DNA of 61,644 nt, filler included, from Pirum gemmata (Eukaryota): assembly GCA_002812295.1 (NCBI GenBank). It is 17 parts of 17 records of this genome, joined end to end, with 100 filler letters (N's around TTAATTAATTAA, not from the genome) between each part and the next. Parts side by side here need not be neighbours in the genome. Positions count along the whole stretch, not along the records: positions 44,303 to 51,244 come from PDIN01003622.1; positions 51,345 to 55,306 come from PDIN01003623.1; positions 55,407 to 58,466 come from PDIN01003624.1; positions 58,567 to 61,644 come from PDIN01003625.1; 13 more parts are not named here. The stretch is one strand, 5' to 3'. The translations under genes and the position numbers were made by a program. The notes below the pieces were generated by a model, which saw only the letters and a list, made by a program, of their open reading frames with translations, was not told where the DNA came from and made no database searches. The stretch's first letter is position 1. The number at the start of each line of letters is the position of its first letter. Of the stretch, positions 50,330 to 61,644 are shown piece after piece.

Positions 50330-51154
50330 ATGAAAGATAAATCCCCTAAATTGGTAAAATGTAATGTTAAAAAAACTATATCAGAAAAAAAACGGAAAAG
50401 AGAAGAAAAAGCTACAGGAGTGGTACTACAACAGCCACCCACAACATTACAATCTTCACAACAAATACATGTACAAAGCCACAAACCAACGAGAAAGGGA
50501 CGGTCACTTACTTCTTTACTATCACCAAGGCCCTCTTTGTCATTGTCTCCATCCCCATCCCCTAACATCCAAGGAAAAAACGCTAATCCAAGCTTTTCTT
50601 TTAACGAAAATGACCTAAGTACTCCAAATAACAACAATACTAAATTGATGCCCACAAAACAAACTTTAGTGAGGTCTCCCTCTTGGACTGATTTGCTGCT
50701 AAGCTCTAAAAAGTAATATAAATACGTAATTCATAAATACTACCGTTACTACGTACTAACACCACTATTTTATTATTAGCGATCAATGATTTATATTTAA
50801 TTATAAATAATATAACTTATTTTTACTTATCTCTCTCAAAACATGCGCTTGCCTAAAAAAATGAAAATTAAAAATTCATATTATTATAATTTTGTAGAAA
50901 ATCAAAGTCATCGGAGAATATAAATATATCCATAATACCCAAGCACCGTCCTAGTGTAACAGAATATTTGAAATATGACTCGCTTGACCAGACTTCAAAA
51001 TCTTCGATAACACCAAATCCAATGAAAACGCGAAGAGCTAGTGAATCTAGTATTCGAACGTCCTGGAAGAGTAGCGTTATATCAGGGGAAAGTGATGCTG
51101 ATGTAAAAAATATTCACAATGGCAATAAGGAAAATAAAGATTGTCCAGAATCTG
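50330..51154 (+). CDS. First two exons of a basic, Ser-rich protein of unknown function
   Basis: Exons 50330-50712 and 50898-51154 join in frame at GT-AG. NLS-like KKRKRE; next GT donor at 51155. Confidence 0.7.
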
Positions 51155-51819
51155 GTATGGCTTTTACTAATACTATCTCTTGTTGCATACTTTTATTACT
51201 AGTACTGTTATATCTTTTTAATTATTTATTTGTTCTGTATATATNNNNNNNNNNNNNNNNNNNNNNNNNNNNNNNNNNNNNNNNNNNNTTAATTAATTAA
51301 NNNNNNNNNNNNNNNNNNNNNNNNNNNNNNNNNNNNNNNNNNNNGATTGATTCTATCATATCATACCATTATAAAAATATAAACTCGAAATGTTCGAACC
51401 TATGTATTTATTAATAAACTTGAAAAAATTAATTTCGAACAGACCAAATAGACAACCAGAAATTCTGCTCGGCAGAAATCGAGTTTTAGGGGCAGAATTC
51501 GGAGAAATCTATAGACTCCTTTATATATGAATTCCCTAAGTCATGTTTTTCCATAACAAAAACTGAAATAAACATACCAAATTCATTCTCTCATAGTTTA
51601 AATGGGAGGGGGGTGAGATTTATAAATTATTTATTCATAATAGTTTATAGTCTATATGTATATTTATTTGGTGGTTTATAACCTTTAAATTGACATTTTT
51701 AAATGAATAAGTAGATAATAAAATCTACCAAATTAAATAAAATGGATTGATATTGCATTAATTTGGTACTTTTTATTTTATATTTTATTATGACAAAATG
51801 ACTATAGTCTAAAATTTTG

Positions 51820-51883
<64 letters not shown>

Positions 51884-53554
51884 GGGATTGATTCTATCAT
51901 ATCATACCATTATAAAAATATAAACTCGAAATGTTCGAACCTATGTATTTATTAATAAACTTGAAAAAATTAATTTCGAACAGACCAAATCACGTCAAGG
52001 GGTAGGTAGGTAGGCGGTATTGGACCGGAAATTAACGTCAAGGGATAGGTAGGTAGGGGGTATTTGAAGCTGTATTTGAGTATTTGAAAAGGAGTTCAAA
52101 CTAAATTTTTTTTTCAGATTTTTTTTTTGGGTTCCTTCAAACTTCCTTGGCTGTTCCTTGATTTATTTATTTTTATATAAGGAAATTCAAATTTCCAAAA
52201 CAAAAACGAAAAACACAAAACAACAAAACAGAAAAATGGTGTACACGGTACACCACAGTCAAGATTCAAGAATCCTCACAGAGTCCTGTTCTGCACAATA
52301 ATTATTATCGTAGTCTAGCTGCTAGTACCATTTGCAAAACACTATTTATCATAACTCATAATAACATAGATGATATCATACTATCAACCTCGATACTATC
52401 AATAGTAGTAGTTGATTAGCACTAGCTAATTGAGATCGTAGATTTGTATCATAGTGGTAGATGAGGTTCAGACTAAAATTAATTATCGATATTAATGAAA
52501 TAAATTATTGGTAGGTTAAGGTTAGGGTTAAGGTTAGGGTTAAGGTTGGGGTTAAGGTTGGGGTTAAGGTTAAGGTTAAGGTAGTTAGGGCTGGGGTTAG
52601 GGTTAGGGTTAGGGTTTAGAGGGTTAGGTTGGAGTTAGAGTTAGAGTTAGAGTTAGGGTTAGGGTTAGGGGTTAGGGTTAGGGTTAGGGTTAGGGTTAGG
52701 GTTAGGGTTAGGTTATGATTATGGTTAGGGTTAAGGTGATCAGAGATTCTCCGGTAGAAAAATAACATAAACCTATAGTTAATCGTACCCCTTAGCTTAA
52801 TAATTAACGTTCTAATTCAATTGACACTCAACACAATTACCCTAAACTAACCCTAACCCTAACCAGACGTCTACTAAAAATTAACGCAAACTTAATTATA
52901 ATGTCCTTAGATTCATAAATAATATTACATGTATATTAATTAATAATAATATTACAATGATATAATATTAATCAAGTTTGATATTACTTAATCCCAAAAG
53001 TATCCCAAACCTCAACGCCAACCTCACCTCGGTCTAACCCTCACCTTAACCCTCACCCTTATGCTCAACCTCACCCAATCTAACCAACCCTAACCCTAAC
53101 CCTAAAACTGTAAACTCAATAAACCAAAAACCTAGGCCTTTTAAATGTTATTAAAAAAGTTGGTTGGCATCAAGAAGTGTCTGTTTTTGGGCAGTCAACC
53201 TTGTAAGGTTTTATTATTATTATTATTATGATATTTTTTTATGTATGATATGATATGATAAAAAAATTATTATTGTTGTCATAAATAGTATAAAACTTCA
53301 TAAATTCATAATCAGAATCTATAAACTTGACCAAATATAATATTATTCTAATCGTATTAATTATTACGATATGATAATTATTATCATATCAATAATAGTC
53401 TATGATAATATATATGACTATCATAAATTCTAGATAAATCTTTATCATAAGGGAGCGTTCAATAATTACGTAACGCTGGGGGGTAGGTAGGGGGGGGTCG
53501 GATTTTTGTGACAGGCNCTAGCTAGTAGTAGCTAGAGCTAGCTAGTAGCTAGTA

Positions 53555-53700
53555 GGGAGCGTTCAAATAATACGCCACGTCAAGAGGTAGGTAGGTAGGT
53601 GGTATTTGACTGGAAATTAACGTCGAGGGGTAGGTAGGTTGGGGTATTTGAAGCTGTATTTGACGGGAAATTGGCGTTATGTAGTATTTGAAAAGCTCCT
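53555..53700. mobile_element. ~146-bp MITE with GGGAGCGTTCAAATA-type TIRs and internal GGTA repeats (PIF/Harbinger-like terminus, tentative)
   Basis: gggagcgttcaaataatac ... gtagtatttgaaaagctcct. Further copies at about 4800-4898, 18153-18258, 20141-20253, 21700-21830, 51991-52090 and, inverted, 60826-60920. Related ends gggagcgttcaataattacgtaacgc at 53451 and about 54370. Confidence 0.8.
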
Positions 53701-54538
53701 TTTAATTTTAAGATTTTTTTAAAGTAGTTGACTATGGGAGGGGTGAGAACTCTTATGGCGAACTTTTTTGACCGAGGCACAAAGTAAATGTTGTTCGCCT
53801 GTTTCGTCTTACCATATTTAGTATTTGAATTATTTATTTAGTAACTGCTTATTAAATAGTTACTTTAAAAAGAGTTTATTATACTATTTATAGTAACTTT
53901 AGGCAAATTTCTGCAAGTTCGCCGGTCCGAGCATCCAATTGGTAAGATGACGTCATCTCATCCCTCCTATCATAATATTCATTATATTGTGCTTTTCATT
54001 TATTTTGTCACTCCGAATATTTATTTGGATGTTTATAATATTTAAATTGATACTTTTAAATAAATAAATATATAATAAAATATACCAAATTAAATAAAAT
54101 GGATTTACATTGTATTTATTTGGTACTATTTATTGTATATTTTATGATGACAAAAAAGCTGAAAAGCACTACCGGTATATTATATATAGTCACTCCGAAT
54201 ATTTATTTGGTTGGTTATAATTTTTAAATTGGCATTGTTTAAATGAATTAATGAATAATAAAATATACCAAATTAAATGAAATCGATTTATATTGTATTA
54301 ATTTGGTACTCTGTATTGTATATTTTATGATCTAGTACTATATAAATTATGATAGTATCACCAGACTTAGGGAGCGTTCAATAATTACGTAACGCCGATT
54401 TGGGACAAAAACCTACCCTACTACCCCCCATGTAATGACCTTGTCACGTTTGNAATAGTAATAGTAATAGTAACAGTAATAGTAATAGTAACATTAATAG
54501 TAATAATAACAGTAATAGTAATAGTAATAGTCATAGTC

Positions 54539-54583
<45 letters not shown>

Positions 54584-55522
54584 TAATAATAGTATTAAAA
54601 ATAATAGTAAACATATGTAGTAATAGTAATAGTAATAGCTATGGCAAATGTCTTATATATTTAAGTAACTGAATATATTAAGTAATAGTAAGTAATAATG
54701 AAATTTATATTAATAAAAATTTTATTTTATAAAAAAGGTATTGATGTTTTAGCTGGTTCGGAACGGGGTAGACAAGGCATGGCTTTATACCCAAGTCCGC
54801 ATTGAAAGGGGTTGGGCGAAGCGAAAGCTTCATATAATTTTTATTATTGTAATGTATGACACAGTAGTCTAGGAGGTGTAAATAGTGTACCGGGCACTAT
54901 TTGCAACATACAGGCTACAGCACTACAAAGGTTATTTTAGTGTAGTTCATATGTCTAAATATAGGTAACTTATTTCCGTGTTTGGTAATTTTAAATATTA
55001 TGTTGCAAATAGTGTTGGTCAATTTTCTGAGCGACGCCGATTGCAAAGAAAAACTAATTACACCTCAAATTCTGTTAAAAAGACTTGATGCGGATTTTCG
55101 ATTTTCTATTATATAATTATTAAATTACTATAACTATTACTATAATTATTAAATTACTATAACTATTACTATAATTATTAAATTACTATTACTGTACATG
55201 TTACTATTACTATTACTATTACTATTACTATTACTATTACTATTACTATTATTATTACTATTACTATTGCTATCAATATTACTATTACTATCAATATTAT
55301 TATTATNNNNNNNNNNNNNNNNNNNNNNNNNNNNNNNNNNNNNNNNNNNNTTAATTAATTAANNNNNNNNNNNNNNNNNNNNNNNNNNNNNNNNNNNNNN
55401 NNNNNNATATTATAATATTATTATTTATTTATTTGATTTTTTTTTTTAAAATAAAAATTTACACACACATTTTAAAATTTCCATATTCACAAATTTGAAC
55501 CTATTATAAATAATAATAATTT

Positions 55523-57400
55523 TTAAGCTAATAGGGCTCCAGCAGAATACACAACTGCCAACACACAAGTGAAGGCCGAAACATTAATATTATTATTACG
55601 AGATGTACCAGAATTCACACCTGCACTGTTTGTGTTTGTCGTTGGTTTCTTTGGGCGTTGTATTCCACCTTTTGATCGTTGTTTGTTTTTAGTTTTTGGT
55701 GTACCTCCTGCAGTAGGAACATACTTTGTTGGTGCGGCACCAGTACCAGCTGCTTGTTTATCAAAAATTATTACCCATTTTTCAAACTCCATCACTTTGC
55801 CCAAACTACATTTGTTCTCTTGCACCGTTAGATTTAAGTAATCATCATCGGAACAATCTTTTTTTTTTCCAAGATTACCCCTTAAAGACCCATCAGCTAA
55901 CTCTTGGTAGGATCCATAAACAGTACCAAGCCCTTGCACATCAACACCTAGGCATTGATTCGGTTTCGCTGAAATACAATTTGCTTGAAGTATTTTGCAA
56001 CCTGCATCCATGTACAAACACATTAGCCTTTCACCAGCACCTGCAGTTATATTTTTTGTTGCTTTTTCGAAGTATTGTAATTTCGGAGGTGTATTTTCAA
56101 CTTTTGTTACTTCGTAAGTGTAGTTGCAGTATGCACCGGTGAAATTTGTAGCGTTTCCTTCGTGTAAATCCAACTCTGAAAAATCTAAATAGGTTTCAGG
56201 AACAAGTTTTTTCACAACACTAGAAACAAAACTGCCAACCGAACTAAATGATATTGATGTCTCTTCTCTCATTTTAATAATGCATCTTGGTACTTTGTTA
56301 AAACCAAAAAAATTGATAGCGTGGGCATCTTTAGGAAATATAGCCATATTCGTAGCATTGGTAGCATTTGAGTAGGGTGCTATTCCTTTTAATTTTGCAC
56401 CATTTTCTTCGTATTTAACACCTCTGGCATTGGTTCCACAAACCACAGAAATGTAGGCAGTTTTTTCCTCTTTCCAGGTTGAACAGCTAACAGGTTCGAC
56501 CTTTACGTTATAGCTAAAGTTATTTTGGAATACTACTTTATTTGGTGGAAAACCTACACCAATTACTGTAGTTGAGTTAGGCGTATAAATTGTGTGAGTT
56601 ACATTCACTTTTTCCATCTTTAAATACCTGTCTCTATTCATCCCGTAAACTTTGTAAGATATAACCTTAGAGCAATCACCCACTTTCAAGACTTGTTGTG
56701 CATATTGCGTATCATAAACCTTAGCTTCGGGGGCAAAGCACTTGTTATCCCCACCACCATCTTCAACCACAGTCATGTTGAATTGCTTACTGGAATCAGG
56801 ACTACTGTACCATATGAACGCTGAATTGTACTCTCTTAACCGTGAGCATTGGTAATTCTTTTCATCCTTATTTTTTTGTAGTACCTTTGACTCATGCTTA
56901 TGTGTAGGAGGAATAGTACAGGCACTGTCTGTATAAACAACCAAACGATATTCTTCGGTTCCTGCTGGTATAACGGCTTTTGCAACGGTTACTTTAAATG
57001 TACATGTACCCGGTGTATTCGATAATGTTATATTCCTTTTGATATCTGTTACTCCTAATTGAAAGTCAAATCTCTCCGTTTGGTCGGTAATGTACTTCCC
57101 CCCCCCCAACCACGACGTACCTTCATAAAAATAAATCTCAAGACCTTTCAGCTCGTCTATTTTATCAACAGTTCTTTTAATAACCTTGTCTGCAGGCCAA
57201 GTTACAGGATCCCCCTTTTTTACTTCGATTACAGTTGCCGCTTGGGAACCAAATGTGCCTAAAACTTTCTCAAACAAATAAATGTCTACATCAGAAGAGT
57301 AAGTGTTTTCACATGAAACTGGACGTATTTCCAAATTATACTTTGCTGTAGCAAGGGTACAACAAAGTGAAGAAATGGTCAAAAAAGAAAACTTATTCAT
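55523..57400 (-). CDS. Intronless 625-aa secreted, probably GPI-anchored surface protein
   Basis: N-terminal signal MNKFSFLTISSLCCTLATA, spaced cysteines, many NxT/S sequons, a T/K/G-rich stalk and a hydrophobic C-terminus VSAFTCVLAVVYSAGALLA with no cytoplasmic tail. Confidence 0.85.
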   Translation of the reverse strand: MNKFSFLTISSLCCTLATAKYNLEIRPVSCENTYSSDVDIYLFEKVLGTFGSQAATVIEVKKGDPVTWPADKVIKRTVDKIDELKGLEIYFYEGTSWLGGGKYITDQTERFDFQLGVTDIKRNITLSNTPGTCTFKVTVAKAVIPAGTEEYRLVVYTDSACTIPPTHKHESKVLQKNKDEKNYQCSRLREYNSAFIWYSSPDSSKQFNMTVVEDGGGDNKCFAPEAKVYDTQYAQQVLKVGDCSKVISYKVYGMNRDRYLKMEKVNVTHTIYTPNSTTVIGVGFPPNKVVFQNNFSYNVKVEPVSCSTWKEEKTAYISVVCGTNARGVKYEENGAKLKGIAPYSNATNATNMAIFPKDAHAINFFGFNKVPRCIIKMREETSISFSSVGSFVSSVVKKLVPETYLDFSELDLHEGNATNFTGAYCNYTYEVTKVENTPPKLQYFEKATKNITAGAGERLMCLYMDAGCKILQANCISAKPNQCLGVDVQGLGTVYGSYQELADGSLRGNLGKKKDCSDDDYLNLTVQENKCSLGKVMEFEKWVIIFDKQAAGTGAAPTKYVPTAGGTPKTKNKQRSKGGIQRPKKPTTNTNSAGVNSGTSRNNNINVSAFTCVLAVVYSAGALLA

Positions 57401-59454
57401 TTTAATTTTTTTTTTTTTAAAAAAAAAGGCTTTTTAAATTTCTCTTGTTCTGAAATTAAATAAAATAAAAATTGAGTTTTTTAAAAAGTCAATATTCATC
57501 AAAAGTATTATTATTATTATTAACTTATTAAAGTGTTTTTTGTTTTTGTTTTTTGTTTTTGGTGTATAAATACCTAAATTATCTAGCTAGTCTACAGCAG
57601 TGGATACCAAAGTATTATGAAACAAATCAACAAAATACAACTTTAATTTAAAACTATACTGCACCGCCCCGCCCCTTCTTTTTTTTTTTTTTTTTTAAAA
57701 AAAAAAAACTTTTTTTTTTTTTTTTTTTNNNNNNNNNNNNNNNNNNNNNNNNNNNNNNNNNNNNNNNNNNNNNNNNNNNNNNNNNNNNNNNNNNNNNNNN
57801 NNNNNNNNNNAAAAAAAAAAAAAAAAAAAAGCAGAGGACCAACCAAGTCGGACATTGTCGGACCAACTTGGCTTAGAGCAACGCATAGCTCTCACAGATA
57901 TGAGCAGATATGAATCATATGATAGCTTAGTAAGTTAGTACACTAAAGTACTGTAACAGCATTATCCATATTTGTATAACTATTCACTTATAGTCTTGGA
58001 TTGGACTACCAAATTATTTTTAAAAATGGCAATTTTATAGATAGCTCTAATAGTACTGTCTGTAGACTCTGTAGCAGTGTTATCCATATTTGTAATAATG
58101 TAGTCTTGGACATATTTGGATTGGGCTACCAAATTTATATTTTGTATAGACTAGTAGATAAATATAAAAACGTAGACTAACACTTATAGACTTATAAAAA
58201 ACACATGAGTTATAGTGATTTATAGATAACGACTGTCGCATGAGTTATATAAAAAAAAGTAGATTATGTATAATATATATAATCCAGAATAGATTGCTTG
58301 CACGGTTAACGGCGACGAAATTAAAACCAAACAATAGACATACATATTATTATATATAATTATATTAGTGAGATAATATTGAGAACATAATGATTTTTTA
58401 ATAATTTATTATTATATTATTGTTATTGTTATTGTTAATGTTAATGTTAATGTTATTGTTATTGTTNNNNNNNNNNNNNNNNNNNNNNNNNNNNNNNNNN
58501 NNNNNNNNNNTTAATTAATTAANNNNNNNNNNNNNNNNNNNNNNNNNNNNNNNNNNNNNNNNNNNNATCACTGCCGGATAAAACTGTAGAGATAATTTTT
58601 TTTTTAGACTTCTTTTTTTTTTAAAAAAAAAATAATATAAAACTAGCCAAATTATTATTAAAAACAGGCTATTGGTTTATAATAGAGTTTTTTAATTATA
58701 TTATTTCTAAAGATTTGGTAGGATGTTTATTGAAATTGAAAGCTTTTTTAAATTTTTGTCAGATTTTCAGCTCTGGCATGGGTGTAAAAAAATAAAAAAG
58801 AAATAATGATAAAAAAAAAAAAATTACATTTTAGTGCTAAATATACTTGCTAAATCTAGTCCTAGCTAGGGTCTAGCAGGAGGGATGAGATGACGTCATT
58901 TTACTAATTGAAGGCTCTGCTACCAAAAGTTCGCCAAAATGAAATTTTTGTGATTAAAATTACTTTTAATAGTATAATAGCTNNNNNNNNNNNNNNNNNN
59001 NNNNNNNNNNNNNNNNNNNNNNNNNNNNNNNNNNNNNNNNNNNNNNNNNNGAAATTTTTGTGATTAAAATTACTTTTAATAGTATAATAGCTACTATTAA
59101 TAGAAGCTTCTAAAAATAGTAGCTACTATTTATAGCTATATAAATACTATTTATGGTACGAGCGAAGTGGCGAATAGCCTTCCACTTCACCCCTCGCCCT
59201 TAAATGTTCGCAAAGGGGGTGCTCACCCCTCCTGGTCTAGCTTTTTTTTTTTTCTACCTCCATCTACACCTGACGCTACTAGCTAGCTAAACTAGGACAG
59301 TAGGCACCTGACGTATTTATTATTATTAGTTATCGTGCCTAGCTAGGTCCTACTCTAGGTCCTAGCTAGGTCTAGCTTTTTTTTTTTTTCTACCTCCATC
59401 TACAAGACTACACAGTAGGCACCTGACGTATAATTATTATTATTAGTTATCGTG

Positions 59455-59650
59455 CGTGCTTTTCATTTTGTTTTGTCATCATAAAAATAATTTTAATATT
59501 ATAATAAAGAGTACCAAAATTAATATAATATAAATCCATTTTATTTATTTTGGTATATTTTATTATCTATTTATTCATTTAAAAATGTCAGTTTAAATAT
59601 TATAATCAACCAAATAAATATTTAGAGTGGCAAAATAAATGAAAAGCACG
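59455..59650. mobile_element. High-copy ~180-195-bp AT-rich MITE with GTGCTTTTCA...TTTTGTCA TIRs
   Basis: cgtgcttttcattttgttttgtca ... tggcaaaataaatgaaaagcacg. Full or partial copies at about 17790-17960, 18340-18452, 19023-19140, 21940-22103, 35546-35640, 37310-37582, 37725-37844, 51660-51800, 53989-54169 and 54189-54330, in both orientations. Confidence 0.85.
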
Positions 59651-61008
59651 ATATCGATATTTAAACATGTCTTATTTTTTAAAATAACAATAATTGTATT
59701 TTAATTAATTAATTAATAAACTTTCAGTTTATAACTCGTTTCAATTTTAAATTATTTATGATAGTTTGAGTAGTTGAATAGCATCAAGTAATATTTGTTA
59801 GTGTCCCTTCTCTTTTTTTGTTTTCTTTTGTGCTGTATTATACCACAGTACTACTAGTGATATCACTTTCGAGTCAAAAAAAAAACTAAACCCAATATAA
59901 TATTATGATTAAAATAAAATAAGGAATAACAATAGTTCTAATTAGAATTATATGATTTTTTTTTTTGATAGTTTGCTTATTAATTAACTAACGTTTAATT
60001 AACAAACACGTATTAATTAAAATACAATAATAATAATAACCCTAACCCTAACCCTAACCCTAACCCTAACCCTAACCCTAACCAATTTTAATAATATATG
60101 ACAATACAATGTCATGATATTTTATACAAAATTATAACATGTAACAGTACATGTATTAATTGTATAACAATAAAACAATGTAATTTGAAATTAAAAAATA
60201 AAAAAAACTATATAGAAAAGTATTAAATTTTAAGCATAATAGCTATAATAGTTACTGTATAAAACAATATATCGCAACAACAACAAACAACAAAACAACA
60301 AATAATTTACAAACAACAACAAACAAATTCCCAACAATAGCGACAGCAACAACAAATTAAACAATACAGCAAACTATAACTTACTTTTAGTAACTTAATC
60401 AAAACGATAGAGTGGTATAACAATATTCATGTATAAAACGAACGGTGAGTGTTACTATACGAATAATGAACAAAATTTATTATAATGATGCGATTTATGA
60501 ATTCGTTTTGTTCGGAGGATTACTGGATTCCTAACTTTGCTTTCTCCGAAATAAGAAAATGATAGTCCAGCAGCTGATAGGCTTCTCCCAATTCTGATTT
60601 GTTTAAAAAAAATCGAGTTTTCGAGTCTATGCATTAATTAAATAAGTTCGAAAATTTTTTAAGCTAACAGTTAAGTATTCAAGTATATTTATTTATTTTT
60701 AAAAACCCGAAAAAATGGTAAAAATAATTTTCGAACAAAGCTGAATTTTGGCTTTTTTTTTTTTTTTTTCGACAGCAGAAATTCGAGTTTTCGGGCTCGA
60801 ACAGAATTGGGAGAGGGCACCAATTCCCCGTCAAATACAGCTTAAAATACCCCCTACTTACCTACTCCTCGACGTTAATTTCCTGTCAAATACCGCCTAC
60901 CTACCTACCCCTTGACGTGAAGTATTCTCAGCAGCTGGGGAAAATCACCCCAAATTTCAAGCAGTTGCTAACTCCAAATTGATTGGATTAAGAACATCTC
61001 TATTTTTC

Positions 61009-61040
<32 letters not shown>

Positions 61041-61644
61041 CAATAACAATAAAAACCATAATACACACAGCAACCAATTAACATACGCTTATATTTGTGG
61101 CGTTTATTGATTTGTTGATCAAAACTTTCTTTTTTAGAAAAATAGTAAAATTATTGGTGCTTGCAACCAGAAGTTAGGTGCTTGCAACCAGAAGTTAGGG
61201 TTAGGGTAATAGGGTTTAGGATTAGGGTCTAGCTAGCTAGCTAGAGTAGGGGTTAGGGTTAGGGTTAGGGTTTAATATGGTCTAGCTAGCCTACTAGTAG
61301 GGATAGGGTTAGGGTTAGGGTTAGGGTCTAGCCTACTAGCAGGGTGTAGGGTTAGGGTTAGGGTCTAGCCTACTAGTAGGGTGTAGGGTTAGGGGTAGGG
61401 TCTAGCCTACTAGTAGGGTGTAGGGTTAGGGTTAGGGTTAGGGTTTAGTAGTCCCTACTAGCTAGCTAGTCTCCCAATTCTGCTAAAACCCGAAAACTCG
61501 AATTTCTACTGTCACCTAAAAAAAAAAAAAAGCCAAAATTCAGCTCCGTTCGATTTTTTTTTTGATATTTTTCGAGTTTATTAATAAATAAATATATTTG
61601 AATACTTAATTTTAAGCTTGAACATTTCGAACTTATTAATTAAT

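Noticed and set aside
51345..51990. Identical ~105-bp direct repeats (51345-51450 and 51886-51990) as LTRs
   Set aside because: No TG..CA ends, primer-binding site or coding interior; located at a contig edge beside a long poly-A, so likely a local duplication or assembly effect.
54750..54830. GC-richer segment ending gcgaagcgaaagctt as a ribozyme or ncRNA
   Set aside because: No hammerhead CUGANGA core, tRNA cloverleaf or snRNA motif could be identified.
5213..58566. Regularly recurring TTAATTAATTAA palindrome as a biological repeat or array
   Set aside because: Always centred in 100-bp N spacers; it is a synthetic six-frame-stop linker between contigs.

Overview
Very AT-rich, microsatellite-laden eukaryotic DNA. 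It is not one locus: 16 artificial 100-bp linkers (about N44-TTAATTAATTAA-N44) join about 17 unrelated contigs of mostly ~3 kb, so adjacency across linkers means nothing. Hand-splicing at GT-AG introns recovers parts of an MnmE/GTPBP3 tRNA-modification GTPase, a Rabenosyn-5-like last exon, an R7-family RGS DHEX region, a SUMO gene, a secreted LRR/Cys-rich protein, a large exon with repeated LYDxV/I tyrosine motifs, a GPI-type surface protein and several unidentified exons. This gene set plus TTAGGG repeats suggests an opisthokont, probably a unicellular holozoan (inference). Most notable: (1) a decayed IS607-type element with a serine-recombinase TnpA remnant followed by a Fanzor2/TnpB RNA-guided nuclease pseudogene (41431-43075), none of it labelled in the ORF track; (2) an intronless 714-aa gene resembling prokaryote/phage TerD-like proteins; (3) a recurring pattern, at seven independent loci, of exon ends and splice sites tandemly re-copied into flanking non-coding DNA, sometimes interleaved with telomere-like repeats. 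Ty3/gypsy and tyrosine-recombinase relics and at least five MITE families are also present. All family calls rest on motif recognition by eye; no searches were run.
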